Made by a program: the position numbers and the translations under genes. From assembly GCF_028641065.1 (NCBI RefSeq), contig NC_073385.1:41416001-41480000 (forward strand): a DNA stretch of 64,000 nt, read 5' to 3'. The stretch comes from Leucoraja erinacea. Taxonomy: Eukaryota. Positions 47,250-61,616 of the stretch are shown here, one piece after another; the first letter of the stretch is position 1; the number at the start of each line of letters is the position of its first letter. The notes under the pieces were generated by a model. That model was not told where the DNA came from, ran no database searches, and saw nothing but the letters and a program-made list of their open reading frames with translations.

Positions 47250-48067
47250 AACAATGTAACATACTCTGGTGCCAGGAGAACAGCCTCCTCTTGAACATCA
47301 AAAAAACAAAGGAGCTGATCATGGACTTTAGGAGGGCACATCATCCGAGGACGTACACTCCATTGAGTATAAATGGGGATCCTGTGGATAGGGTGAACTG
47401 TTTTAAATATCTGGGAGTCCACATCTCTGAGGATATGACATGGTCATCACACGCCTCAGCACTGGTGAGTAAGGCAAGGCAGCGCCTTTACCACCTCAGG
47501 CAATTGAGGAAATTCAGAGTGTCTCCGAGGATCCTCCAGTGCTTCTACGCAGCGGCGGTGGAAAGCATCTTGTCCGGGAACATTACCATCTGGTTTGGGA
47601 ATTGCTCTGCCAAGGACAAGAAGGCTCTGCAGAGAGTAGTGCGTTCGGCCGAACGCACTATGGGAACTTCACTCACCCCCCTGCAGGAACTATACATCAG
47701 GAGGTGCAACTCCAGAGCAAACAAAATCATGAGAGACCTCTTCCACCCCTGCAACGGACTGTTCCAGCTGCTACGGTCAGGCAAACGCCTCCGTTGCCAT
47801 GCAGTGAGAACGGAGAGGTTGAGAAGGAGTTTCTTCCCAGAGGCAATTCGGACTGTAAACGCCTATCTCACCAGGGACTAACTCTACAGAACGTTTTTCC
47901 TTCTATTATTTATTATGTAAAAGAATATGTGTGTTATGATTGTGTTTATAATTTGTTTGGTTGTTTTGTTGTTTGTCTTTTGCACAAAAGTCCACGAGCA
48001 TTGCCACTTTCATTTCACTGCACATCTCGTATGTGTATGTGACAAACAAACTTGACTTGACTTGACT
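47250..48067 (+). mobile_element. Rex1/Babar-type LINE 3' fragment
   Basis: LNIKKTKELIMDFRR..FKYLGVHISEDMTW..KARQRLYHLRQL; tail (CTTGA)n. Confidence 0.82.
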
Positions 48068-48282
48068 ACAGCCTTTAGTATTTTCAGCAGTTTAAAAAAA
48101 AAAAAAATTTTTAGCTGTTAAAAAGAACTTTTGCAAACAACTCGTTTCACGGAATGACCGTTAGGTGGTTCAAACGAATCCCTTACTCGGTTATAGCGGA
48201 TAATCGGCAACAATGGATACCATTCCCGTGTGGTCCATTGGAACAAGGGTTTACTGTAGTTGGAGAACTATGAAGAGAACTT

Positions 48283-48524
48283 AAGGTACACAAAAAAGCT
48301 GGAGAAACTCAGCGGGTGCAGCAGCATCTATGGAGCGAAGGAAATAGGCAACGTTTCAGGCCGAAACCCTTCTTCAGACTGAAGACAGACTTCCATCTGA
48401 AGAAGGGTTTCGGCCCGAAACGTTGCCTATTTCCTTCGCTCCATAGATGCTGCTGCACCCGCTGAGTTTCTCCAGCTTTTTTGTGTACCTTCGATTCTCC
48501 AGCATCTGCAGTTCCTTCTTAAAC
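48283..48524. mobile_element. Penelope-terminus hairpin insertion with 16-bp TSD
   Basis: Inverted arms about 48283-48377 and 48396-48491; TSD ACTATGAAGAGAACTT at 48267 and 48525. Confidence 0.85.
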
Positions 48525-49313
48525 ACTATGAAGAGAACTTGTTGACCAACTTTTTAATCCTCAAATATCGTAATTGTTGCCCATTGTTTATGTTGTATAA
48601 TATTTTTCCATGACTGCAATCTTAGATCTGTGCTAATATTTCCATGTGCAACAGCTTGTGGGTCAAACACAAACTGCATATATTATTTTTTTTAATATCA
48701 TTTTGATCTTCCTAAGAACATTTCTTGCAGCTTAATTGTTCAAAAGTACATTTACTCCAATCTTTTGGCTCATTTGGACGTACAGAAACCTTTCCAAGGA
48801 GAAAATTAATTAATAAATATAAATGTACAGCAATATTTTAAACATGGGCAATGACTTTTCAGATGGGGATCAAAGAAAACAATCAATAATTTAATCTAAG
48901 ATTGTATTGTAATCCACAAAGCAATTGAATTTGAGACTCAAATGAACAAAGAACCCCTGAGCTGAAATGGTTGCATTAACAATTATGCTTTGTGCCCTTA
49001 AATATAACTAGTTAATCATATAATGCAGTGAATTTCAGTGCAGCACTGGAAGTAGATTAAGAGGACGCACAGGATGCCTGATTTCATTAGTTACAGGGCA
49101 TAAGAGCAAAGAGGTTGTGATTCAATCATACAAAACTTTATTTAGGCCACTGTTAGGGAGCTGTATTCAGTTTTCCTCGCTGCACAACAGGAAGGATGTG
49201 GTTGTACAGGAAAGAGCACAAAGAAGATTCACCGGGTTGTTGCTAAGGTGGAATGTTTCAATTTTGTGTGAGACTGGATAGGCTAGGTTTGTTTTCATTC
49301 GATATGGGAAGGT

Positions 49314-49345
<32 letters not shown>

Positions 49346-50250
49346 GAACTGAATAATATTCCAAAAGGGGGCATGGGAAAACTTGCATAGTGAGAAACTT
49401 TCATTTATATTTATTGAGCGTGCCAAACAGCATAGGTTTAAGGTAAGGAATGGGAGATCTAGGAGGGAATTTGATAAGGATATGCTGTTTCTCAGTTAGA
49501 GAGCTATATAGCACGGAAACTGCTTCAGATCAATGTGTCCATGACAACGGTTCTGTGTAAATACAATTTGTCTGCATTTGGCCCATATCTTTCTCAAACC
49601 TTCCTATCCATACATCTGTCCAAATGTCTTTTTTAAAATCTGGAACACAATGTCCAATGGATTGGTGGGAGCAGGTACTGTGACAACATTTCAGTATTTA
49701 GATTGTGCAAGTGAAATGCCATGGCATAGAAGGCTGCAGGCAGAGTGTAGGAAAATAATGTTAACGCTGATCGGTAATTGATAGCCAGCATGTATCTAGT
49801 GGGCTGAAGTGCCTGTTTCTGTGCAGTATTATTGACTGAATATTTGTTTTTAAAATAGCATACTGTTCAATTTTGATACTGAGAGAAGCTATTATGTTGA
49901 TAAAATTTGTACAAAGATGTTCCTCATTTTAAAATGGTGGAAATAACTACAAATTTGATTCTAGAGCACAATAAATTAATACAAGCTAAGTTTTCAGTTA
50001 GATGTATTTCACATGCAACTTTTTATTGGATGCTTCTTGTATTTTCCATTTCAAGAATAATCAAACAGTTTTAGCTGTGTGTAGTGTTTGCTCATTGATA
50101 TATTGTTGAACCAGTTGATAGTCGGAGACTGTTAATGAATAGTTGTCTTATGTTTGTGTTGCAGTAATTGAAAGAATGCCAAGACTTTTAATTCTCCTTC
50201 TGCCTTTTGTGAAGTTTCCGTGAGCTTTTGAAGAGAAGTCTGGCAGAGCT

Positions 50251-50377
50251 ATGGAGCAAGCACATGGCCTGCTATTAAATGAAGAGTTCTACAGTAAACT
50301 GAGTGACGCCAAGAAACCAGCATTCTTTTTTTGAATGGCTGCAATTCTTGCAAAAACTTTTGGTGGCTGCGAGTAAG
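50251..50377 (+). CDS. HEATR5A: HEATR5A first coding exon (apparent +1 T frameshift at 50326-50332)
   Basis: MEQAHGLLLNEEFYSKLSDAKKPAF..[T7]..EWLQFLQKLLVAASK|gtaaag; acceptor gcag at 50161-50164. Confidence 0.88.
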
Positions 50378-51099
50378 GTAAAGCATGAACTGTTCTTAAA
50401 GTTGTGAAAATGTCTTTGCTTTTGTAATTTTCCAAAGATACAGGTCATGCCAATAGACATGCTAACCTTTGATGCCAATCCAGCTAATCTCACTAGCCCA
50501 CATTATGCCTGGATCCCTCCAATCCTTACTGAAATACCTGTCAAAGTGCCTTTTGAACATTATAATGCTCTCTGATTCCATTACCTTCTCTGATATCTTG
50601 TTTCAAATATTCAGCACTCTCTTAAAATGTACTCCTTTTAAATTTCTCCTCCATCACAAATTTGTGCTGAGTTCCAGACTAATTTGCCATGAGAAAAGGA
50701 CACTGTCTATCTCCTCTAACTGTACCCCTCATAATTTTGTAAACTACAAAGTCATCCCTTGTCCTATGTCCTTACAGCCTTTCTTAAATAAAGGTACAAT
50801 GTTAGCCATCCTCAAGTCTTCCGCTACCTCACCTGTGGCTAATAGAAACAATGATGGTTAACAAGAAAGATTAAATAGACTGGAATTATTCTCACTGGAA
50901 CATAGGACAAGGGATGACTTTGTAGTTTACAAAATTATGAGGGGTACAGTTAGAGGAGATAGACAGTGTCTTTTTCTCATGGCAAATTAGTCTAGAGAGA
51001 AATTAACCACATGTGATGTTTTTCTATTACAAATCTCAAATTGTGGAGTACAGAGGCAAATAAATAAATGATGGGTCATTGTCCCAAACATTATGGTGT

Positions 51100-52410
51100 G
51101 CACTGTAGACGGTGATGTGGAGATATAAAAAACAATGAATGAAAGATATGCAAAAAAGTAACAATGATAAAGGAAACAGGCCGTTGTTAGCTGTTTGTAA
51201 GGTGAAAATGAGAATCTAGTGCGACTTGGGTGGGGGAGGGATAGAGAGAGGGAATTGCGGGGCTACCCGAAGTGAGTGAAATCAATATTCATACTACTGG
51301 GCTGTAAGTTCCCCAAGCGAAAAATGAGATGCTGTTCCTTCAATTTGCATTTAACCTCACTCTGACAATGGAGGAGACCGAGAACAGAAAGGTCTGCGTA
51401 GGAACGGGAAGAGGAATTAAAGTGTCCAGCAACCGGAAGATCACGTAGGTTCAGGCAGGCTGAACGAAGGTGTTTCGCGAAACGATCACCCAGTCTGCTT
51501 TTGGTCTGCTTGTATAAGAGTCCGCATGTTGAACAACGAATACAGTAGCTGAGGTTGGAGGAGGTGCAAGTGAACCTCTGCCTAACCTGAAGGGACTGTT
51601 GGGGTCCCTGGACCCTCGAGGGAGGAGGTATAGTGACAGGTGTTGCATCTTCAGCGGTTGCAGGGGAAGGTACCTGGGGAGGGAGTGGTTTGGGTGGGAA
51701 GAGATGAGTTACCAGGGAGTTGTGGAGAGAAAGGTCTCTGCAGAAGGTGGAAAGTGGGGAAGATGGGAAAATGTGGCTAGTGGGGAATCCCGTTGGAGGA
51801 TTATGTGTTGTATGCAACGTCTGATGAGGTGGGAGGGTATGGACTAGGGAGACTCTGTCTCTGTTGCGACTAGGGGGATGGGGAGCAAGGGTGGAGCTGC
51901 GGGGTACCGAGGAGACATGAGTGATGGGAGAGGGGGACCCCCGTTCCCTAAAGACTGAGGACATTTCAGATGTTCTAGTATTGAACACCTGATGACGGAG
52001 GAACGGAGTAGGGCATAGAGTCTTTGCAGGAAGCAGGGTGGGAAGAAGTGTAGTCAAAATAGTTATGGGAGTCACTGGGTTTCTAATAGACGTCAGTCAA
52101 TAGTCTATTTCCTGTGATGGAGACTATGAGATCAAGAAAGGGGAAGGAGGTGTTGGAGATGGTCCAAGTAAATTTGAGTGCAGGATGAAAATTGGTGGTG
52201 AGGTTGATGAAGTCCATGAGTTCTGAATGGATGCAGGAGGTAGCATGGATGTAGTCATCAATGTAATGGAGATAAAGTTTGGGGATAGGGTCAGTGTACA
52301 CTTGGAACAGGGATTGTTCAACATACCTTACAATGAGGCAGGCATAGCTGGGGCCCATGCGGATGCACATAGCTACGCCTTGGAGGAAGTGGGAGGAGTC
52401 AAGTGGGTGC
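51100..52410 (-). mobile_element. Penelope-like element (RT and GIY-YIG), degenerate
   Basis: GVAM..MGPSYACL..YIDD..LKFTWTIS..FLDL; FTCTSSNLSYCIRCSTC..RLGDRFAKH..EQHLIFRLG..NIDF. Confidence 0.88.
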
Positions 52411-53029
52411 TGGTTTGACTGCACAGGTTAGCATTTCTTCATCATCCCAGATGGAATCTTCAGGCACTTGGGAGCAATTAAGTCTTAACTACATTGTTGT
52501 GGGTCTGGAAAGTTAAAGGCAGAGTGGTTTAGGTCAGAATGTTTCCTTCCAACCCAGATGGGTTTTTATGCCAATCCACGGTTGACACGATGAGGACTCC
52601 AGTTAAAGTCTCTACTAACTGAATTCAAACTTCCTCGTGCCAGGTTTCAAGATCATCTTGTAAACTCCTGGATTACTAAATAACGTGCTGTAAGGCAGCA
52701 ACTCTACCGTTGTGCCATTGTGCGGCATACTCCCCCTGAATTCTCAATTCTGATGCAGGGTTTTGACCAGAAACATCAAACATTCCTTTGCATTCACAAT
52801 GCTACTCAACCCACCGAGTTCCTCCAGCAAATTGTTTGTTGCTCCAGACTCCAGCATCTACGGTCTCTTTTCTCTTCCTCCCTCATTGACTGGTCATTGC
52901 TATTTGTAAATTCCTTTGCACATATAGAATCACAGCTTGGTTTGATTGCATAACAATGCAGCATTCAAAAAAATAAAATTGATGTAATGCACAAAAGATT
53001 GAGAGTACACGAAGGAGCAAGACAAATAA

Positions 53030-53293
<264 letters not shown>

Positions 53294-54008
53294 TAAGCGA
53301 TCTTATTTATTTATTATTTGTAGAAAAATATGAGGATTGTGGTAATTCCCCCATTGTGACTAACTTTAGAGCAACAGACGTTAAACAACAACATTAATGA
53401 TTGTAGACACAAAGTGCTGGAGTAACTCAGCAGGACAGGCTGCATCTCTTTCGGGTCGTCACCCATTCCTTCTCTCCAGAGATGCTGCATGTCACACTGA
53501 GTTACTCCAGCATTTTGCGTCTACCTTCGATTTAAACCAGCATCTGCAGTTCTTTCTTAAACATTAATGATTGGATGTGCAAAGCCATTTAAGTGAGGTG
53601 ATGATTTAGTTAAGGGGTAAAATGCACTGTAATATTGTCACAGGATTCTGAATCTGAAACTGGTTTCTCTAAATTCTCCCCTAATATTTGACATCCCTAT
53701 GCCGATGTTATAATGTATACACCATAGATGGAATCCAATGGAAGAAGATGGTTTGCTTAGAAATTCTCTCTGATATCAAAATGTGCTTCAGTGATGGTTG
53801 GAATTCTTGGTTAAAACGAAACTCTACTTTGAGGTTGCAAAGAAGATGTGGGTGACTTTATGTGTATTTGTGCGTTCATGGTAGTTAGTTGATTTTGGGT
53901 AGGAATGTGAATTGGCACACAATCTACTTTGATAAACACACTTGAGTTTCCTTTCTCAGAAGGTATTTTACCGATTCATATTATCCAAGTAATTTTGCTA
54001 TTTTGTAG

Positions 54009-54293
<285 letters not shown>

Positions 54294-54534
54294 TAACAAA
54301 TGTTTGCATTTGGGATTTATTTATTTATTTTTGATAAATGGCATTCCTTTCTTTATGAAACCTTACGAGTATCCAAAGGTTTTATAAGTATGTTAAGGGG
54401 AAAGGGATAACAGGAAAGAAACCAAAGTGGTCATATGTGTGGAGCCGTGGGAGATTGGCAAGATCATCAGTGAATATTTCTTCTCTGTTTTTACCGCAGA
54501 GAATGATCTGAGGACTAGAGAACTTGTGAAAGTT

Positions 54535-55620
54535 AATAATAATAATAATAATAAATACTTTATTGATCCCCTCGGGGAAATTCAGATGTCCAGAAGCCCC
54601 CAACCAACAAACCCACTGATTCAAAACGAACGCAGACAGAAAATACATAGAATACACTGTGGACACTACCTGAGAGCAATAAATACTTAAAAAGACCAAT
54701 AATTAACAATTAAAAATTAAAAATTGCAAAAATGCATCCCCCCACAGCCTAGCGGTCCGAATTATAAAATCTAATGGGTGCAGGGGTGAAGGATCTCCTG
54801 AACTGCTCCGTTCTACAGTGCAGGGAGAGGAGCCGGTTGTTGTTCCGAGTGCTCTTTTGATTCTCCAGAATTACATGGAGGGGATGCCCGGGGTTTTTCA
54901 GGATGACCTGCACCTTGTGCCTCATACGCCTCTCAAGCACATCCATCCCAGAGTCCACTCTCCCCTCCAGCACTGAGCTAGCTCGTTTAACCAGTTTGAC
55001 CAGCTTCTTGTTGTTTTTTTCACTAATGCTGTTGCCCCAGCAGACAACAGCGTAGAAAATAACACTTGCAACCACAGTGTTGTAAAACATGTGCAGCATA
55101 TCACTACACACATTGAAGGATTTGAGCCTTCTGAAGAAAAGGAGTCTGCTCTGGCCTTTTTTGTAGAGGGAGTCAGAGTTGACAGACTGAAGGGGGAGCT
55201 TGGACCTGCCAAAGTTAACCACCATCTCTTTAGTCTTAGTTGTGTTCAGGATGAGACAGTTCTCTTCACAACAGCTGCACAAAAGGAACTGGTCAAGTTC
55301 CTGTATTCCTCCTCCTGCCCGTTCCTTACACATGCCACAATCGCTGTATCATCTGAATATTTCTGTACGTGGCATGTGTCAGACATAGTTAAAGTCTGCT
55401 GTATACAGGGTGAAGAGGAACGGGGCCAGAACCGTTCCCTGTGGGGCACCAACATTGCACACCACTGTGCCAGAGACACTGTTCCCCAGCTTGACAAACT
55501 GTGGTCGACCCGTCAGGTAGTCGTATATCCAGGAGATAAATGGAGATGTTTTGAGTACAGTCCGTATTATGGTCAAGGAGGTACTGGATGTTCCAAGGCC
55601 GTGGGGATTGTGGTGGACAG
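54535..55620 (-). mobile_element. Rex1/Babar-type LINE RT fragment, inserted in a CR1 remnant
   Basis: WIYDYLTGRPQFV..GAPQGTVLAPFLFTLYT; KYSDDTAIV; LNTTKTKEMVVNF; tail (TAT)n. Confidence 0.82.
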
Positions 55621-56493
55621 GGGAATCCAGGAGTACATGTGTGGTTCCCTGAAAATAGTGTTGCAGGTAGATGCGATAATGAAGAAGGCTTTTAGCCTGC
55701 TGGCAGTCAGAGAACTGAGTATAGACGTTGGGACATTATGTTACAGTTGTGCCAGATGTTGGTGAGGCCACGTGAAGTACTGTGTTCAGTTTTAGTCACC
55801 CTGCCATAGGAAAGATGCCATTAAACTGGAAGAAGGGACCCAACCCGAAATGTGACCCATCCTTTTTATTCAGAGATGCTGCCTGACCAGCTGAGTTACT
55901 CCAGCACTTTGTGTATCTTAAGAATACAGAGAGGATTTACAAGGATGTTGCCAAGGCTTGAGTGTCTTTATTCATTGGAGCACAAGAGGCTGAGGGATGA
56001 ACTTACTGAGGTGTATAAAATCATGAGTGGAAGAGATAGGGTGAATGCACAGAGTATTTTACCCAGAATAGGGGAATCAAGAACTAGAGGGCATAGGTTT
56101 AAGGGAAAGATTTAATACGAACCCAAGGGGCAACTTTTTAACATGGAGAGTGGTGGGTTTTGGAATGAGCTGCCAGGAGAAGAAGATGAAGCCGGTATAA
56201 TAACAACATTTAAAAAACATTATGACTGGTGCATAGATAGGAAAGATTTAGAGGGATTTTGGGCCAAAGATGGGTAAATGGGTCTAACTTAAATGGGAGA
56301 TCTTGCTCGGCATTGACGAGTTGGAATGAATAGCCTGTTTCCGTGCTTTATGACTATGTATAATTATTAATTTCTAATGTTGATTATTGTGCTAAAAGTT
56401 CCAAGAGAGTGCTCAGTCTTCATGCAAGCTGAGAAGCCTACTGTTTGGTTAAATTTGACTATCTAATCTTAAACATCTTTCTCCGCCATCTAG

Positions 56494-56661
<168 letters not shown>

Positions 56662-56852
56662 TAACATTTATTCACTTTCAGCCACATTTGAATGAGGAAA
56701 AAGACTGCAGGGTTTGTTAAAACAGAAAAATAATTGGTACCTAGACTTTCTGACAATGTATTTTTAAAAGGTTGGTTGTTTATTTCTAGATTTGATTTCA
56801 ACACAAAAAATATTGAGGAAGTGTTTCTGAGCTGTGGAAAGCGTTGGGAAAT

Positions 56853-57141
56853 GTTTAGTTTAGAGATCCAGTGGGGAAACAGGCCTTCGGCCCACCGAGT
56901 CCACGCCGACCTGCGATCACCAGTACACCAGTTCCATCCTACACATTGGGGACAATTTACAGAAGCCAATTAACCTATAAACTTGCACGTCTTTGAGAAA
57001 ACCGGAGAACCCGGAAAAAACCAACGTGGTCACAGGGAGAATAGACAAGCTCTGTATGGACAGCACCCGTGGTCAGGATCGAACCTGGGTCTCTGGCGCT
57101 GTAAGGCAGCAACTCTACCTCTGCGCCACTGTGCTGCCCCA
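56853..57141 (-). mobile_element. tRNA-derived SINE (HE1/V-SINE-like)
   Basis: Reverse strand GGGCAGCACAGTGGCGCAG..GGTTCGATCCTGAC (A/B boxes)..GGGCCGAAGGCCTGTTTCC..CTAAAC tail. Confidence 0.78.
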
Positions 57142-57833
57142 TTATATGAGAAAAACCTGCACTTGACAAAAGATCTAAAGCAGATTTTGTAAGGTTGAAA
57201 AAATGGAAATATGAATAATTGTATGAAAATTAGATTTGATATGATAACACAATCGGATACATATGAAAATATTGTACAGAGTTAATCTGAGAAATTGTTG
57301 TCTATAGGGATAAGAATAAGGGAAGACAGTTTAATGTTTAACTGGCAGTGATGTAGAGATATCAGTTTTGAAGCAATATAATCAACCTTGAAAAACTGTG
57401 TTTGAAATTTTTTTTTTTGCATTTCGTGTTCGATGGTATGGATGGACAAATTAAAAGGCATTGCAAAGATCTGGAAGCAAGAGCATTTTAGTGCGCGTTT
57501 CTCCTGTTTGCCTGTGCGTCTTTTGTGCTTTTCACTATGCGGTCTCCTTATTGGTTTATTCCCCACATGTACCTTTTTACTTGAAGTGCTGTTTTTTCTC
57601 TCAGTGCTGCATTTTAATGATCATGTGTGACATTTGCTTCATTAAAAAAATAAATCTTGAACAGCAGTCCAAAAGATTACGTTTCAGAATGCCAAATACC
57701 TAATTTGCAGCTATTAACCTTAGTTCTTGACCAAAAATATTTGTCGACAGGATTAGTGTGTTAATTCCAGATGTGTTCTTTTTTTCCAATGTTCCAATTA
57801 ACTTTTTACCATGATTGCTCCAGCAGATACTGA

Positions 57834-58073
<240 letters not shown>

Positions 58074-58613
58074 TAAATCAATTCGGATTCTGAGTTACCA
58101 TTTAAGTACTAATCTAGCAAACAAATGATGAGCTTTATTTCTATAATGGTATATCTGCTAAAATTAATTGATCTTGAACTTGCGCTGCCATTGATTTTGG
58201 AGCAGGTAGAGAAATTAATTTCTAAACTAGTGTAGCTAAAAAGCCTTATGGCGTTGTTTAATATAATTGTTTAGCTTGCCAAATATTGTGCATCCAATTT
58301 AAAGAATATAACACTTTAAATCAGACCTTTAACACAGTACGGTTCCACCACTCCTGTAATCAGGACAAAACTGCCCCTGCCCCCCACCCCTGGAAAATGT
58401 GATGCCTAGGCCGGGTGAGGCGGGCAATCTCTACCTCATCGGGACTTCCATGACAATCGGCGGGTAGAATTTGACCCCTGCGGCCAGGGCTCTGGAACTC
58501 CAGCAGAGCCGGATTTACCACTAGGCTTCATCGGCTAAAGTCTTGGGCCTCAAAATCTTGGGAGCCTCCGGCCAAGACAGGACACCTGCCGTTCAACACT
58601 GAGCAGGCCCCCC

Positions 58614-58659
<46 letters not shown>

Positions 58660-59434
58660 ACTCTATGTCTCTGCCCGCCATCCGGGCCGCCGGGTTTCCT
58701 GGTCCTCCAAAAATATTCTAAATGGAATTTAAACTGGAGGTGGTGGAGGGTCCATCATCAAACTCTGAACAATAACAGCTTGCATTTTATCTGTTTATTT
58801 ATTGTGTATATATATGGTCTATGGTATATAAACACACTGAACTTTTATCTCCTGTTCTGTATTATGTTTACATATTCTGTTGCGCTGCAGCAAGCAAGAA
58901 TTTCATTATCCTATCTGGGACACGTGACAATAAAACTCTCTTGACTCTTGACTTGGAGTTAAGCAAAAAAGGGTTCTTGGGGGAAAAAGAGTTACCTTAA
59001 ATTTAGTTGCGTCTGGTTGGGTAACAATAGTAGGGTGAAGACTATTCCATGCCTTGATTGTGCGGGGGAGCTCCATGGAGCAGCCAGCAACTCTGGATAG
59101 AAGAAATTAGGTGACGTTTCGGGTAGAGATCCTTCTTTAGACTCCCTCTGGTTTTCGTGTTTTTAGCTTAATTTAAAGATACAGCGTGGAAACAGGCCCT
59201 TCGGCCCACCGAGTCCATGCCGACCACCGATCACCCGTACACTAGTTCTATCCCACACATCAGCGACGTAAGTAAAGAGTCAAGAGTGTTTTATTCTCTC
59301 ACGTCCCAATGAAATCCTTACTTGCAGCAGCACAACAGAATATGTAAACATAGTACTCTGTAAACAATGTTATAAATGAGAAAAAAAAGGTGTATATTTA
59401 TATATGAATATATAACTATATAAATATGTGTATA

Positions 59435-60868
59435 TCTATCTATCTATCTTTATTACTAAAAGTATGTTCTTGACCGGTTTTGGCCATCTGTGCTGCGATT
59501 TCCGAGAGAACGCCGCCACCTACGGCCGTCATTTTTGGCCACCTCGCTCAGAGCCCCCCTCCGCCATATGTGTGCCGAGGATTTTTCCTGTCGATGAAAA
59601 ATGACAGAGATATTAATGTTTTTACAAAATTCCCCATTCTCTCTGCTGCCCCCGCTGGAGGCAGGGGAAGGGACTATAAAACCAGGAAGTGGTGTGCCTC
59701 AATTAGTCTCTGCAAGCTGGAGCTCTGTCAATTAGTCTCTGTCACTCTGAGCTCTGAATGACACTGAACAAATGTCTACAGCACTGTGAGTACCCTTAAT
59801 TTGGTTTGAAAATGAAAATATAGTTAGTTTGAAGTAAAAAAGCACTGCCTGCAAATGTTTGTTTGGGTTGAATTAAAAAGGCACTCTCTCTCTCTCTCTC
59901 TTTCTCTCTCTCCTCCTCTCTCTCATCTCTCCCTCCCTCTTTCTCCCCCCCCCCCCCCCCCCCTCTCCCCCCCCCCCTCCTCCTTTCACCCCCACTCTTC
60001 TCCTCTCCCCCTCTCTCCTCCCCCCACTCTCCTCTACCCCCTCTTCCACTACCCCCTATCTACTCTTCCCCCCTCTCCTATCCCCCCCCCCTCCCCCCCC
60101 TCTCTCTCTCTCTTTTTCCTCCCCTCCATCCCCTCCCCACCATCCCTCCCCTAAACCCCCTCCCTCCCCTCCACACACCCCTACCCCCTTCCCTCCACCC
60201 TCCCCATCCCTGCTCCCCACCTCTCCCCCTCCCCTCATCTCACCCCCCCTCTCAGCACACCCTCTCTCCCCCTCCCCCCCTCCCTCCACTCCCCCCCCCC
60301 CTCTCTCCCCCCTCTTCCCCCTCTCTCTCCCTCACCCTCCATCCCCTCCATCCCCTAAACCCCTCCCCTCCACACCCCCTACCCTCTTCCCTCCCCTCTC
60401 CCCACCTCTCCCCCCTCTCTCTCTCGCTCTCCCCTCTTTACCTCCCCCTCCCCCCCGCCCTCCCTCCCTCCCCTAAACCCCCTCCCCTCCACACCCCCTA
60501 CCCTCTTCCCTCCACCCTCCCCCCTCCTTGCTCCCCACCTCTCCCCCTCACCCCCCCTCTCAGCACCCCTTCTCTCTCTCCCCCTCACTCTCACCTTCTC
60601 TCTCTGTGTCTCTGTCTCTCTCTGTGTCTCTGCCCCTTTCTCTCTCTGCCCTCACCCTCTAACCCCCCCCCTTCTCTAGATGTGATGTGCAAGTTGGGGG
60701 CTATGCGTCAGTAGATAGTGTGGTTATGGGGTAAAAGGAGCAAATTAATAATATTAATATAATATCAAGGGGGTAATTAGTGTGAGTGCGGGGGATAGTT
60801 TGTGTGTGACGCTGCATGCCGCCTCCCCCCCCCCCACAACCGCACGTTGGGGGAACAGACCCAACGGG
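59435..60868 (+). mobile_element. Putative non-autonomous Helitron containing a polypyrimidine tract
   Basis: 5' TCTATC..TATTACTAAAA; 3' CAGACCCAACGGG (start of the terminal hairpin, similar to 44969-45030) running into the gap. Confidence 0.55.
59885..60680. repeat. C/T-rich low-complexity tract with internal duplications
   Basis: About 800 bp almost entirely C/T; CCCTAAACCCC..CCACAC..CCCTACCC recurs. Confidence 0.9.
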
Positions 60869-61032
60869 NNNNNNNNNNNNNNNNNNNNNNNNNNNNNNNN
60901 NNNNNNNNNNNNNNNNNNNNNNNNNNNNNNNNNNNNNNNNNNNNNNNNNNNNNNNNNNNNNNNNNNNNNNNNNNNNNNNNNNNNNNNNNNNNNNNNNNNN
61001 NNNNNNNNNNNNNNNNNNNNNNNNNNNNNNNN
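60869..61032. other. Assembly gap (164 N)
   Basis: Run of N. Confidence 1.
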
Positions 61033-61616
61033 AAGTTCTATTGTTTAGTATCGTGTGTGTAGGAAGGAACAGCAGATGCTGGTTTAAACTGAAGATAGAC
61101 ACAAAAAGCTGGAGTAACTCAGCAGGTCAGACAGAATCTCTGGATAAAAGGAAAATATTACGTTTTGGGTTAGGTCTGAAATAGGTTCCTGCACATCTTT
61201 GGAATGTGGAAGGAAACAAGAGCACCCAGAGAAAACCCATGCGATCAAAGGGAAAAGGAGCAAACGCCATAGAGACAGCACCCATATTCAGGATCAATTC
61301 CGGGTCTCTGGCACTTTTAGGCAGCAACTTTATGGCCAATTTACTGCCCCATAGTCTTGAACTTAATTAAAACATACAGTAGCTGTATAGGGAGATATAG
61401 CATCACTTGGAGATTTAAGACTGAAAATTGATATTTTCATATTTTTAGTAACCAAAGTTATGAACGTATAATTTTTATTCTCCCTGCAAGTGTGTGGGTT
61501 TCCTCCCACATCCCGAAGGCGCATTGGCTTTGTAGGTTAACTTGTCTCCTTAAAATTGCCCCAAATGTGTAGGGAGTGGGTGAGGAAAGTGGGATAACAA
61601 AACTTGTGTGAATGGG

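Noticed and set aside
59855-60594. Pro/Gly-rich ORFs
   Set aside because: Translations of low-complexity C/T tracts.
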